DNA from: Amphiscolops sp. MND2022
Taxonomy: Eukaryota
Assembly: GCA_964187785.1 (NCBI GenBank)
Contig: OZ076409.1
Coordinates: 6,140,001-6,204,000 of the forward strand
DNA: 64,000 nt
Direction: 5' to 3'
Position numbers and translations under genes: made by a program. Under the pieces are notes generated by a model, which did no database searches, was not told the DNA's origin, and saw only the letters and a program-made list of their open reading frames with translations. Below are positions 23,651 to 37,299 of the stretch, piece by piece; positions within the stretch are counted from its first letter, which is position 1; each line of letters begins with the position of its first letter.

Positions 23651-26600
23651 GAGATCCTGCTTTTCTTTCAAGTTGACCTGAGATTGGAAGAATTCGAGAT
23701 AGGTTTTGCTTGAATATATATGCGTGTCTAGAACTGAAAGTGACATATACGATTCTCTCGTGGAACAAATGCGGTGGTATAAATCTATCGTATCTCTGCC
23801 TAGTATTTGAGTTGCATGTTACATGATGTATTTTGGATATTTCGTCCACGTGGTTATTCTAGTCACCTTGTTTTGGTTTATGAGTATATTTTTCGCATTG
23901 ATCGTGTTCAGTTCAACTGCAGGGCAGCATTTGTGTTGCAAGAGAATTTCCAGCAGTGGTGATTCCGTGAATTAGAAAGTTAGGATAGGTTTTTGGTGTA
24001 GGATTAGGACGGAGTCGTAACTGGATGTGGTTTCTAGAAACTATCGGCAGAGAGGTTTGATGATCGTCAATTGGAGTATCTGGGTTACAGCGAGGTGGTT
24101 ACGATGAGTCATCCGTTCGTCTTGAATCTATCCGATTTCTTCCCTCGGTGGTGGATTGATGATTTTTGGGTGGATCGAATCAAACGTGTGGCGATGGAGG
24201 TGGTTCGCAATCTCTATTAACTTCGGAGTCACGATTTAGGCTATTTCTTCGAGGAAACCTATTTGAGGGCCTGTAACGTTTCAAGTCACAGCGGCGGAAC
24301 TGTCTTTTAAGATGCAAGAATGAATTTTTTCCCATGTATTAGTGGTTTTGTTTCCATCGAATTCCCGTGTTTGTTCAAGATTGTTGTTGTCGAAGATATC
24401 GGAATTTTCGACGCGTTCAGTATCTGGATATAAGCAGTTAGTTTTTACGTCAAGGTCATCGATAAGGTACTCGGGGTTCAATAGGCGTATTCTCATGCGG
24501 TGTACGCATTGTGTTCGGTGTGTGTTCATCTTCCTAATAATGCAGTTGCCGTCGGACAGCACTTTCATTATTTTGTAAGGCCCTTTCCAGTGGAAAATTT
24601 GAAACTCCTCTTTGAACGATTGAGGATCTTACTTAGGGTCGAGAAGGAACCAAAATCGATACTTTTCAGGGTTTAGGCTCTGATTTTTTGGTCGGTCGTA
24701 ATTTGTTTTTTACTTGTCGTTAGCGTTTATGATGTTTTCTGAGTTTCGACGGAAGTTTGCGTTTATTTTATCCAGTATTTGGTTTACTTCAGTGTATTTT
24801 GTGTTCACTCGTTTGTTCGGGTGCGAGTATTGAATGTCAAGTGCGTTATAAAAAATTCTGCCGTGGAAATTTTCTTTTGGTGAACACTTGATTGATGTAT
24901 GATATGTTACAATATCAACAAATCGGTCCCAATGAGGTTTGTCTTTGTTAACGTTGATTTTCTTCAGTTTATCGTGACTAGGTTCAACCATACCGATGGT
25001 TTAGGCGGGTTTTACGGTGGCGTGTGAAGTTTTTATGCGAGCAGTTTCCATCACTTGCTTCTTGAGTTCAGCAGAGTGAACACTGTGCTTTTGTCGTTCA
25101 TCAGATAGTTCGGGAAATAGGCGTGTTTCAGGAGCATTGGCATGAGGGCTTCTACTACCAAGTTTGTATCTGGTTTGCGTAGTGGGACTGCAAACGGATA
25201 TCGCGAGAAACGGTCATTCGTGTTAGGATGTGCCTGAAACCGTTTCAAGATAGGAGAGGCCCTATTAAACCAATTTCCAAGGGACCCTCTGGCCCATTTG
25301 ACGGGTCGTAAATTTTCTGGAGCGGTGGTCTCAGTAGTGAATTGTTGACCCTTTTTGAGTGTGCGCAAATTTTGCAACCGTCTATCATTTGCTGAACTTT
25401 GATTGCTAAGTTTGGTGCGTAATACCGCTTTGAAAGCTCAAAAAGCATTTTCTTGGATCCAGAGTGTCCCTGCTTAGGGCTACTATGCAGTCCCCTGATT
25501 AAGACCAACATGCATTTTTAGGTACTACGATTTGTTTATAAGTTTCGAGACCGGTATGATCGAAAAATTTTCTGAAGGACGCCGTTGATGACCTCGAGGC
25601 GTTTGATGTGTTTGTGTAATTTTGGAAAAGTTGGCTCATAACGTTGACTGGGTGATTGAGGGTATGTTTCAACACTTTGTAAAATGTATATCGTTCGTTG
25701 GATGTCAGTGTTATCTTTTTGGACGACTACAAAAAGAACGTCCCTTTCGATGGACAATATGTTTGAAACCGTTGTACTTGACGATGTCGTTTGAATGATA
25801 TTGTAGTGTTTGTTGCCGTTGTGTTGTAGCAGTAGATCACGCTTGGAGATTTCAAGATTTTTGGATGGGTAGAAATTCATCCTATTCTCATCGTCAACGG
25901 TGACGAAGTTGTTATTTATCTTGTTCTCATCAGACATTTTTTGCATTGCTTTCTCATCTTTCCTGCGTGTTTTAGCATTGCAATGCCAGGAGGGAAAATT
26001 CTGGACCGTCTACTTCCTGTTGAAGTGTTTTTGATGCAATGTCAATTTCAATATGGTAGACTGGTATTGAATCATCCAATTTCAGATGTACTTTTTCTTC
26101 AGGCCTTGTCTAGTCGAGAGGGGTTAAATATGGAATTAAAATGAAGTTGAACTGTAATGTTTGGTCACAAAAACTCCACAATGACGGGGGAATAATTTTT
26201 GCTTGAAAAAATTTAGTTGAGGCTTTGTTGTCACTCAATTTCATCAAATGCGGAGCGCATTGCCCAAGATTCTTTCGCATCTCCATCGAGACGTTTGGCC
26301 TCTTCGAAATTGCTTTGAGCCAAAGGAGACTGAGGCGTATGTTTTCAGGTTACCTAAGTTTTTTCACTATAATCCTCTGAGTAAAACCTAGCCTGCTGTG
26401 CGTTCGCTAGCGTCGCACAAAATGCCTAGTTTTTTGTCTGGCAGAGCATTTTTAACGCGACTTTAGTTGCTTTTTTCAACTTCGTTTTTTTTTTCAAATA
26501 TCGTGTATCCGTGACTTGTTCGAGTTCAAACGGTGTGTCTTCTTTGTTCAGGGTGTGTATGATTGCAGTTTGTTTGCTAATCTGGGAATGTAAGATCATT

Positions 26601-29600
26601 AAAAATTGACAAAGCAGAGATAACGTTGAAATGCTTTGCCAAAATTTGGTCTTTGTAGAGTTTTTTTCAAGTAGTCAGTAACTGGTTTTTCAATGGTTTT
26701 CCAATAGTAATATTCCTATTTCTCTGTTTGAAATTGTTCGTCCTGGATACTCAATCTTTTGTTGACCGAAATGACACTTGCTCAGTTTGAGTCCTGCTTT
26801 GTGCAGTTGATCAAAGACGAGTTCTTCAGAAGTATGTGCCTCAACGCCGATGTCGTCTACGTACCAAGCGCAACGATCTGTATATAGGAGTGAGTCTAAA
26901 TATTCATGTACTAAGCTAGGAAAAGCTGGGAAGGGGCGGTTTAGTACAAGGTCTAGTCTTAAGAATGCAAAGGTGCGCGACTCGAAAACGAAGCACAACA
27001 GTTGGATGGTTTTTCATCGTCCATTGGAACACAATGGAAGACATGGGAGCAGTCTAATTTACAAAAAGTTTGTTACCGGCCATATCTTGAGCTGCGTCTG
27101 CAATTGTTGTGACTGGATGTTTGATTTTTTGATTTAATTTATTTTTTCAAAAATTCAACTTTTCTTCAACCAATTTGTGAAGGGGTAAAATTTCTTTATT
27201 TCTCGAGATCCTGCTTTTCTTTCAAGTTGACCTGAGATTGGAAGAATTCGAGTTAGGTTTTGCTTGAATATTTATGCGTGTCTAGAATTGAAAGTGACAT
27301 ATACGATTCTCTCGTGGAACAAATGCGGTGGTATAAATCTATCGTATCTCTGCCTAGTATTTGAGTTGCATGTTACATGATGTATTTTGGATATTTCGTC
27401 CACGTGGTTATTCTAGTCACCTTGTTTTGGTTTATGAGTATATTTTTCGCATTGATCGTGTTCAGTTCAACTACAGGGCAGCATTTGTGTTGCAAGAGAA
27501 TTTCCAGCAGTGGTGATCCCGTGAATTAGAAAGTTAGGATAGGTTTTTGGTGTAGGATTAGGACGGAGTCGTATCTGGATGTGGTTTCTAGAAACTATCG
27601 GCGGAGAGGTTTGATGATCGTCAATTGGAGTATCTGGGTTACAGCGAGGTGGTTACGATGAGTCATCCGTTCGTCTTGAATCTATCCGATTTCTTCCCTC
27701 GGTGATGGATTGATGATTTTTGGGTGGATCGAATCAAACGTGTGGCGATGGAGGTGGTTCGCAATCTCTACTAACTTCGGAGTCAGGATCTAGGCTATTT
27801 CTTCGAGGAGACCTAATTGAGGGCCTGTAACGTTTCAAGTCAGAGCGGCGGAACTGTCTTTTAAGATGCAGGAATGAATTTTTTCCCATGTATTAGTGGT
27901 TTTGTTTCCATCGAACTCCCGTGTTTGTTCAAGATTGTTGTTATCGAAGATATCGAAATTTTCGACGCGTTCAGTATCTGGATATAAGCAGTTAGTTTTT
28001 ACATCAAGGTCATCGATAAGGTACTCGGGGTTCAATAGGCGTATTCTCATGCGGTGTACGCATTGTGTTCGGTGTGTGTTCATCTTCCTAATAATGCGGT
28101 TGCCGTCGGACAGCACTTTCATTATTTTGTAAGGCCCTTTCCAGTGGAAAACTTGAAACTCCTCTTTGAACGATTGAGGATCTTACTTAGGGTCGAGAAG
28201 GAATCAAAATCGATACTTTTCAGGGTTTAGGCTATGATTTTTTGGTCGGTCGTATTATGTTTTTTACTTGTCGTTAGCGTTTATGATGTTTTCTGAGTTT
28301 CGACGGAAGTTTGCGTTTATTTTATCCAGTATTTGGTTTACTTCAGTGTATTTTGTGTTCACTAGCTTGTTTGGGTGCGAGTATTGAATGTCAAGTGCGT
28401 TATAAGAAATTCTGCCGTGGAATTTTTTTTGGTGAACACTTGATTGATGCATGATATGTTACAATATCAACAAATTGGTCCCAATGAGGTTTGTCTTTGT
28501 TGACGTTAATTTTCATCAGTTTATCGTGACTAGGTTCAACCATACCGATGGTTTAGGCGGGTTTTACGGTGGCGTGTGAAGTTTTTATGCCAGCAGTTTC
28601 CATCACTTGCTTCTTGAGTTCAGCAGAGTAAACACTGTGGTTTTGTCGGTCATCAGATGTTTCGGGAAATAGGCGTGTTTCAGGAGCATTGACATGAGGG
28701 CTTTTACTACCAAGTTTGTATCTGGTTTGCGCTGTGGGACTGCTAACAGATATCGCGAGAAACGGTCATTCTTGTTAGGATGTGCCTGAAACCGTTTCAA
28801 GATAGGAGAGGCCCTATTAAACAATTTCCAAAAGACCCTCTGTCCCATTTGACGGGTCGTAAATTTTCTGGAGCGGTGGTCTCAGTAGTGAATTGTTGAC
28901 ACTTTTTGAGTGTGCGCAAGTTTTGCAACCGTCTATCATTTGCTGAACTTTGATTGCTAAGTTTGGTGAGTAATACCGCTTTGAAAGCTCAAAAAGCATT
29001 TTCTTGGATCCGGATCCAGGGTGTCCCTGCTTAGGGCTACTATGCAGTCCCCTGATTAAGACCAGTATGCATTTTTAGGTACTACGATTTGTTTATAAGT
29101 TTCGAGACCGGTATGATCGAAAAATTTTCCGAAGGACGCCGTTGATGACCTCGAGGCGTTTGATGTGTTTGTGTAATTTTGGAAAAGTTGGCTCATAACG
29201 TTGACTGGGTGATTGAGGGTATGTTTCAACACTTTGTAAAATGTATATCGTTCGTTGGATGTCAGTGTTATCTTTTTGGACGACTACAAAATGAACGTCC
29301 CTTTCGATGGACAATATGTTTAAAACCGTTGTACTTGACGATGTCGTTTGGATGATATTGTAGTGTTTGTTGCCGTTGTGTTGTAGCAGTAGATCACGCT
29401 TGGAGATTTCAAGATTTTTGGATGGGTAGAAATTCATTCAACGGTGACGAGGTTGTTATTTATCTTGTTCTCATCAGACATTTTTTGCATTGCTTTCTCA
29501 TCTTTCCTGCGTGTTTTTAGCATTGAAATGCCAGGAGGGAAAAATTCTGGATCGTCTACTTCCTGTTTAAGTGTTTTTGATGCAATGTCAATTTCAATAT

Positions 29601-30748
29601 GGTAGACTGGTATTGAATCTTCAATTTCAGATGTACTTTTTCTTCAGGCCTTGTCTAGTCGAGAGGGGTTAAATATGGAGTTAAAATGAAGTTGAACAGT
29701 AATGTATGGTCACAAAAATTCCACAATGACGGGGGAATAAGTTTTGCTTGAAAAAATCTAGTTGAGGCTTTGTTGTCACTCAATTTCATCAAATGCGGAG
29801 CGCATTGCCCAAGATTCTTTCGCATCCACCGAGACGTTTGGCCTCTTCGAAATTTCTTTGAGCCAAAGGAGACTGAGGCGTGTGTTTTCAGGTTACCTAA
29901 GTTTTTTCACTATAATCCTCTATGAGTAAAACCTAGCCTGCTGTGCGTGCGCTAGCGTCGCACATAATGCCTAGTTTTTTGTCTGGCAGGGGCATTTTTA
30001 ACGCGACTTTAGTTGCTTTTTTCAACTCCGTTTATTTCAAATATCGTGACCCGTCACTCGTTCGAGTTCAAACTGTGTGTCTTCTTTGTTCAGGGTGTGT
30101 ATGATTGCAGTTTTGTTTGCTAATCTGGGAATGTAAGATCATTAAAAATTGACAAAGCAGAGATAACGTTGAAATGCTTTGCCAAAATTTGGTCTTTGTA
30201 GAGTTTTTTTCAAATAGTCAGTAACTGGTTTTTCAATGGTTTTCCAATAGTAATATTCCTATTTCTCTGTTTGAAATTGTTCGTCCTGGATACTCAATCT
30301 TTTGTTGACCGAAATGACAATTGCTCAGTTTGAGTCCTGCTTTGTGGAGTTGTTCAAAGACGAGTTCTTCAGAAGTATGTGCCTCAACGCCGATGTCGTC
30401 TACGTACCAAGCGCAACGATCTGCATATAGGAGTGAGTCTAAATATTCTTGTACTAAGCTAGTAAAAGCTGGGAGCGGGCTGTTTAGTACGTGGTCTAGT
30501 CTTAAGAATGCAAATCTGCGCGACTCGAAATAGAAGCACAACAATTGGATGGTTTTTCATCGTCCATTGGAACACAATGGAAGGCATGGGAGCAGTCTAA
30601 CTTACGAAAAGTTTGTTACCGGCCATATGTTGAGCTGCGTCTGCAATTGTTGTGACTGGATGTTTGATTGTTTGATTTAATTTATTTTTTCAAAAATTCA
30701 ACTTTCCTTCAACCGATTTGTGAAGGGGTAAAATTTCTCTATTTCTCG
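23651..30748. repeat. Tandem duplication of about 3.55 kb (23651-27204 and 27205-30748) covering RT-RH-IN
   Basis: GAGATCCTGCTTTTC starts at 23651 and 27205. Near-identical ORF pairs (24281/27835, 26690/30233). Confidence 0.95.
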
Positions 30749-33457
30749 GAGTGCAAGAGTTCAATCGAAAGTTCGTCGTTCTATTTTGTCCAATTTGTCT
30801 GGATTACTGCATGTTTCTGGTGTGGGGTACAAGTCAGTGTGTTTTATTTCTGGCTTTACACACAGTTGGTTTTCTACTGCTTCTGCTTCTTCAGGAAACT
30901 TGGAAGTTAACTTGAGGTGTTCTGGCGGCATTGGTGTTTTGTTAGCTGCCTGGTGAGAGGTTGGAATTCGAAAAAATGCTATCTTTTCCTTTGCTTCTAG
31001 TGTGAAAGTGTGCTCATTAAGAATAGTGACTTGAATAATCGTTTTTCTTTCCGTTAAATGGGGTGTTGCTTGTGAGACGAGCAGACAGGTTTTACGCATA
31101 ATTGCAGGTGTACCTTCCACTGTACCAGTTGTTTGCGTTATGTCGGAAGTACAGTAAACTGGTAACATTATTTGATGGTGCGGCGGAATGACAGTTTTAT
31201 AGCAAGATTTAATTCGATAAGGCTGGTTTTAATTTTTTGTTTTGCTGTTGCCGCACTTGCATAGGCATGTGGTTCGGAAAGTGAACTAGGTGGTTTACAG
31301 AAAACTTTTCAAAAATTCACATTGGAATCGGAATAGTACTCATTGTTGGAACTACTAGAAAAGTTTCCTCAAATACTTTTCCTGCAATAACGAACCTGAG
31401 AAGCACTTGTTTTCTAGTTGGTACTTGTTTTCTAATTGGAGATTACCGTTTAAAAGTTCTACTTTATAAGTTGGTGGGTGGAGTTCACTCGAAAATGCTT
31501 CAGGGTGAGCGTGTGAAACTTGCCTTAATTTCGCTTCGGAAAGGGCGTTGTCAGTGGCGCCAGGTTCTAAAAGACCTTGGTTTTCGTATTGAAGTCTTAA
31601 AGATATTAAAGATACGTATAAAGTCTTATGTTTTTTGTTCAAATGCAATGTAGGACAAACGATTTTATACTTTTACCTTAGACAAGGTTTACGATGGTTT
31701 ATACTAATCTGGTTTGTGGAGTCGTGGTCTGCTTTTGTGAAGTCATTGGGGAGATGATAGGTCGTGTGAAGGTTTTCATCTGATTTCCACCGTCTGCTTG
31801 CCTCAAGGCGTTTGAGTGGAATTTTATCGTGTTTTCATCGTCATCAACTGAGAGCGACTGGAAGTGGTTGAATGTCATCGCTGTCTCATTTGCGATCTGT
31901 TTTGCATCGTATCGTATCTTGGGTCAGGGTGAGGTTTTGTGGTGGTTTGCATCCCGAGTAGACTGCCATGTCTTTGTTGGGCTTTGATGTCGGTACGTCA
32001 ATTTGTATTTGTGATGTACTGAAAATCCTTGTCGTCATTGGAGTGATCTTCAGTGTTGCAGCTAGTTGAATATTTGAGTTGGTTAGAAGAACGTTGTTGT
32101 TTTTTGAGATCTCGTCTGCGATCCCTGTTTTCGGTGTTTTCTTCTATCGTGCATGGGACTTATCCGAATGGCGTGCTGGTTTAGCTTCTGGCAGGTAGCA
32201 ATCTTTGGCTGAGTGACCTGTGTCTCCGCATTTTTCGCACACTAACTTCGGGTCCCGTATTTGGGTTTTCCCTCGGGAGTTTCTGCGGTTTAATGCCGTC
32301 CTTTTTGACAGTGTTAATGTTCGGGGGTGTTACTTCGGGTCGTATTTGGGTTTTCCCTTCGGGAGTTTCTGCGGTTTGATGGCGTCCTATTTGACACTGT
32401 TACTGTTCCAGTCACGAATTCTCGAGCGGCATTCTTGTTTGCAGTGGCCTGTTTTTCCGCAAAAGAAACCTTGTCAGTCGAACTTCTTTTTCCCGGTTGT
32501 TTGTGGTTGCGGTTTATTTCTGATGAATTCTCGTCCCGAGCCGACTGAAATTTGGTTGAATGGTTGTGCGGTTATAGCTGGTTGGAGGAGATGTTGGTAC
32601 TGGTACTTCCGCTTTAAGTAGGCTTTGATTTCCTCTGATGTGCAGTCTTCCTTATTCGCCATTTCAAGTTCCCGTTTAACCTCTACAGGCAGTTTGCCAA
32701 ATAAAAACCTCCAAATGTGCTTCTATGCCTCTTCACCGAATGCCTGTTTCGCCGTTATCTTGAGACTTTTCAGGAAATCACCCAAGGTCTCATTGCATTT
32801 GTATTTTGTCACTTCCTTCATGTCTTCATTACCGAATTTTGCGAGCATTTCCGTCAATGTGGTCATGGAGGTGATAGAAACTATTTCCCAATGTTCTTTG
32901 GCTTCATCTCGTACGAGGCTTTGGAAGGGGTGTATCTTGTTTTCTTCCGTTATCCTTAGGGCGAATGGACGAAAATGATTCAGGAGCTAATGTTCAAATT
33001 CGCTGATTTGGTCTTTATGTCCGCAGAAAAATATCAAAACAATGGGTTTGGAGAAGTTTTGTGATGGATTTAGGTGGTTGATTGGATTTATCGTGGCAGT
33101 TCATGTATGGCAGTCAGGAGTTGGTTTGTGACAAGAGACCCCGATGGGGTGCGAAGCGGTTCTTTTAATTCGTCATCGCTATCGTTTTGCATGGTTCTGT
33201 TAGTTGGAGCCATAGCCCGGGTTCTGTTGACTCCCGTCACTGAGGTCGATGCGCTCCTGGTTTCATTTCTCTGGACGACAGATAACTTGTTGAGTCAGAG
33301 TCGCTAATATACTTTTAATCTCACTCATCTCGGCTTGTAACCTTATGATTTGGTTGTTCGTTTCCGTTTCAGAATTAAGACTTTTTCCAATTTGATGAAA
33401 TTCAGATGAATATGAGTCTGAATCTACGTTTGAGGCGTTAATTTGTTGAGAATCCAT
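23913..33457 (-). pseudogene. Decayed Ty3/Gypsy gag-pol (gag-PR-RT-RH-IN order)
   Basis: Zinc knuckle CEKCGDTGHSAKDC (32198-32239). Protease remnant LLEPGA (~31560). RT YVDD (~30395 and ~26855). RNase H CDAS (~29955 and ~26410). Integrase H-H-C-C (GHSG...CKIC) and DRFSRY. Many stops and frameshifts. Confidence 0.92.
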
Positions 33458-34312
33458 ACTTGGATGAATTTCGCATGAACGTTGGATGAGGCAGAAAATT
33501 TGATAGTTTTTCTACGTCTGGGTTTTAGAGGAGAATTTGCACTTATGCACATTGAAAAAAATCTTTCTTTTTAAAAGAATTGAATTTAGTATCGAGAGAA
33601 AGTGAATAAGAGTCAAATCTAATTTATAAGCAACTGTTCAATGTAAAGAGAATCAAGTTAATGAGCGCCTTCAGATATGCTTGTAGTGCGGTCAATTTTC
33701 AATATTGTCACCTGCAGGTGACAAAACGCAATTCCTGCACCTTTCACGTCATCTTTTTACTGTTGCTCAAAGGTGATAATTATCACTTTGCTTCATTTCA
33801 TCAACTTCTATGACAAACTTTCATACTGCAGCTGATTAGTATAATTGTTCGAATTATAATCCCCACACTTCACTGAGAATGAATGGATGAAAGCGCAAAA
33901 GTAATTGAATAATCCTTTATGGAATTATGATGCGAAATACCACTTGTGATGAAGTTAAGATGGACGGCATAAAGAAAATTGAATTACAGATTTTGGATGG
34001 ATCAATGATGCACTATAAAATTTGGGTGAAACTGGGTAGAGCTTCTAGTCTTAGAGGCATTGACCTTTTTGCCCTGTTTTCCGTCCATTTTCCATTCATA
34101 GCTGTGAACTGACTGTAAAATCATCCATTTCACGTCAGAGAGCATCAATGTGTTGAAACACTGATGACAGAATGTATTTGAACACTATCGCCTTTTTGAT
34201 GAACGACGTAATGGATGACGCGCGATCAGGGGCTCAAGTTCATAATATCTATAAAATTTGTATGTAAATTCAACACCGTTGGTATATACTGTGATGTCAA
34301 GGCCGAAACCAG
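33245..34312 (-). mobile_element. 5' LTR (family A) of the decayed Gypsy element, missing its outer end
   Basis: Colinear with 17228-18298. Contains Gag-start ORF 33263-33457. Adjacent internal sequence reads GTGACGGGAGTC, a degenerate PBS position. Confidence 0.8.
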
Positions 34313-34844
34313 GATGAAAACACCTGAGAAACACTATCTCCGGTAAGTAAATTCTCATACTGGGTCTAAGAAGAAACAATCACAAAGCTACGGAAGGGAA
34401 TTTCAAGAGACTCAATGAAAATTGTAGACGAGCCACCGTACACTGTATAAACTGGAAACGGAAAATTGAAGTACTCGTACCAGAATTCTCTTCTTTCAGG
34501 CCGAACTTCGGTAACTCGGGAAAAAGCCGAAAATGAGTCTGAATGCTTCATGGGGTAATAGCACAATTGCCCTCCAGAAAAGAAGCGACGGCGAAACAAG
34601 ACACCGATCAGAAACGACTATCTTGCGACCCAGAAAGGCAGGAGGAGGAAAGGAACGAACCGGCAGTGGTTGTTCTTGAACCTGCAGACACCCAAGAGAA
34701 GAAGAGTCTTCAGGTGTCTGAACCGGCAGTGCAGTCGAGAGCCACGAAGAACGAAAACTGGATTAAGACCAGGAAAAGAGCAAAGGAAGAGAGAGAAAAG
34801 AAGTAGACCGAACGCGCAAGAGCGAAAGGAAACGAAAAGCAAAG

Positions 34845-37100
34845 CACCATCTGGACGTGGAACATCAGAGGTCGAGAGTGATTTTCCCCAGGGGGAATTG
34901 GTTCATTGAGATCAAGAGAACAGTTGCAACATCTACAGCCGAAAACGTCTTTTTCTCTGAACAAAACGGAAAGAAGCGGGAAAGAGGTGGATCAAATTGA
35001 AAGAAATTTACAGAAGGCTGATCCATGGGAAGAAGAGCGGAATCTTTCGCAGGGACATGTGGGCAGCCCAGTGAAAGAAGCAAGTTTGGAGAGTGATACA
35101 CGGCTGTTGCAGTATACGGACAGAGGATCATAGCAGTGTACCAACCTCTATGGAACAGTGACCGCCTTCAAATCGATGCTTAACGGGAGGAGCTAGCGGC
35201 CATGGTGAAAACAAGCAGACCACATCTGCTAGATGTGGGAGGAGATTTTAACTCGAGCATAGGAGACACCAGCAGGAGAAAAAGCAACGAGGTGACCAGA
35301 ATGTACGAATTGAGGACCAAAAACGATGCGGAAAAATTTTAGTTTGAGTGGTGCTTCGAGAACAACTTATGCTGGACGAACTACTTCTTCAGACACAAAA
35401 GGAAAAAGGAACCTGAAGAAACCCGGCGACAGCAACTTGGCATTAGATCGATGGGTTCCTATCTAGAAAGGACGAGAGAAACCGCTTAAAGCGGAGAATC
35501 TGGACACCCAACAGCGTCAAGATCAACCTCTTGGACCCCAAACTGAATTGCATGATCGCAATCATGAAATCGCTCAGATGGAGGAGGAGTAGAGCAAAAC
35601 CGGGAGAAGTCTGGGAAAAATTCAGACTCAAAGACAAGAAGCAGGACCTCAAGAAACACACGGAAGACCATAAAGTTGATGACCAGGACTGGAAATCGTT
35701 TCTGAAAACGGTGGACAAAGCTTGCGAAGAAACTTTTGGAGTAAAACAAAGAAGGGATTGAATCTCTAACTTGACCGGCACAAGTAAGAGTTGATATTGG
35801 ATTGTGCCTCGTCACCGGAAAGGAGCCAAAGACGACTTGAACACCTACAGAGGAATCCTTCGCCTACCACTCGCCAGCAGGATCCTCGCGAGGATTGTGC
35901 CTACTAGATTACGGCACTAGAGCGAACATAATGGATGCCTAGGAGAGAACCGACGCGGTTTCAGGCGCGAAAGATCAACAACAGACGCGTCCCAGGTGAT
36001 GCTGATGATTGAACAAGAATTACGGAATGTCTGCGGGAAAGATGACGTAAAAAGTTGAGTAAAAAGAAGGTCTCAGCGATGTGTGGCTCCGCGAGAAAAG
36101 AGTTAGATAAGGGTGTGTCATGAAGCCCATTTTATCCAACATTTACCATGCGCAAGCAGTCAAGCAAGGACAACCAATGAAGCAGGATGATGCCAAGAGG
36201 AGTTCCCGGGAGAACGGTCTGGAGTGGATTTGGAACCAGAAAAACAGGCTCCCTCCAAAAGATATCCACAGAGCCACAAGGAGCAAAACGAGTGACCGTC
36301 TGATGATTACGGAATCGCTGTTTGCCGAAACCACGACCCTCATTCGATGAATAGGTGTGCTGGAATCAAGAAAACAACGATTCAAAAAGGCGATGTTGTC
36401 GTTGGAGGAGAAATGTCACGATAGAAAGTAAGAGTACATCAGATTCGGCACTGAAAGGGCGAAAAAGACACGGATATTGGGGACGACCATCAGAAAGAAC
36501 GAAGACTTGCGTGTCAAGACAAAGCGAGGTTACCCGGCCTGGAGTAGAGAGAAGAAATGGCGGTGTAAGTCCACTCTCTCCCACAGATTTCAAGCCCTCT
36601 TCGTGCAGGCGACACTGGAGTGCAGGCGACAACAAAGCCAAAGAGATCACAGAGAGGAATCAAAGATGAAGATGTTGACGATTTTTCCTGCCGATACGAA
36701 GAAAGCAACATGAGATGCAGAACGCACGGCGGAGGGACCGAGCACGAACGCGGATTCCATCATACTGGAACGACGAAAACCTTCGAATATCCCACGTGCC
36801 AACAAACATTCACTAACAAGAGCAGCGGAACAAACTTAACAAAGCCTGCGACGGCGAAAACCATGGCTTGTGCGGAAAGTAACACGTCCAGACACAAACT
36901 ACTTTAACTCCCAGGGCAACAAAATGCCTCCGAACAGGATAGACAAATCCACCAGATCCTTCAAGAGAGCGCTATGATGAGAAAGTCGCACCTTTTTACC
37001 AAGTCCCAAGGAACGGTAAGCCCACCGACGAAACTGTGAAAGGGACAATCCACATGACTGCCCAGAAGGAATTGCCTGCAAAAGCATCACAGCAGCAAAC
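34845..37100 (+). mobile_element. Decayed non-LTR retrotransposon (APE-RT, RTE-like), copy 1
   Basis: APE motifs TWNIRG (~34855) and GGDFNSSIG (~35240). RT motifs YRGI...ASRILARIV (~35846), GFRRERSTTDA (~35958) and LFAET (degenerate FADD, ~36318). Boundaries approximate. Confidence 0.8.
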
Positions 37101-37299
37101 CTGTCCTTACGCAGTAGGAATCACTGTCTTGCCTCTTTCACAGGCCTGGCCCACAGGCGTACAGAGAAGAGAACGAAATCGCAGCAGAGAACCAGAAGAA
37201 CCCCCAGGAAACGTGTGGAAAACCCTTGAAAATTTGGAGCTGAGACAGAGCTGGAATCCATGAGGTAAGAAATAAACGAATGGATCGTGGCATGTAAGA

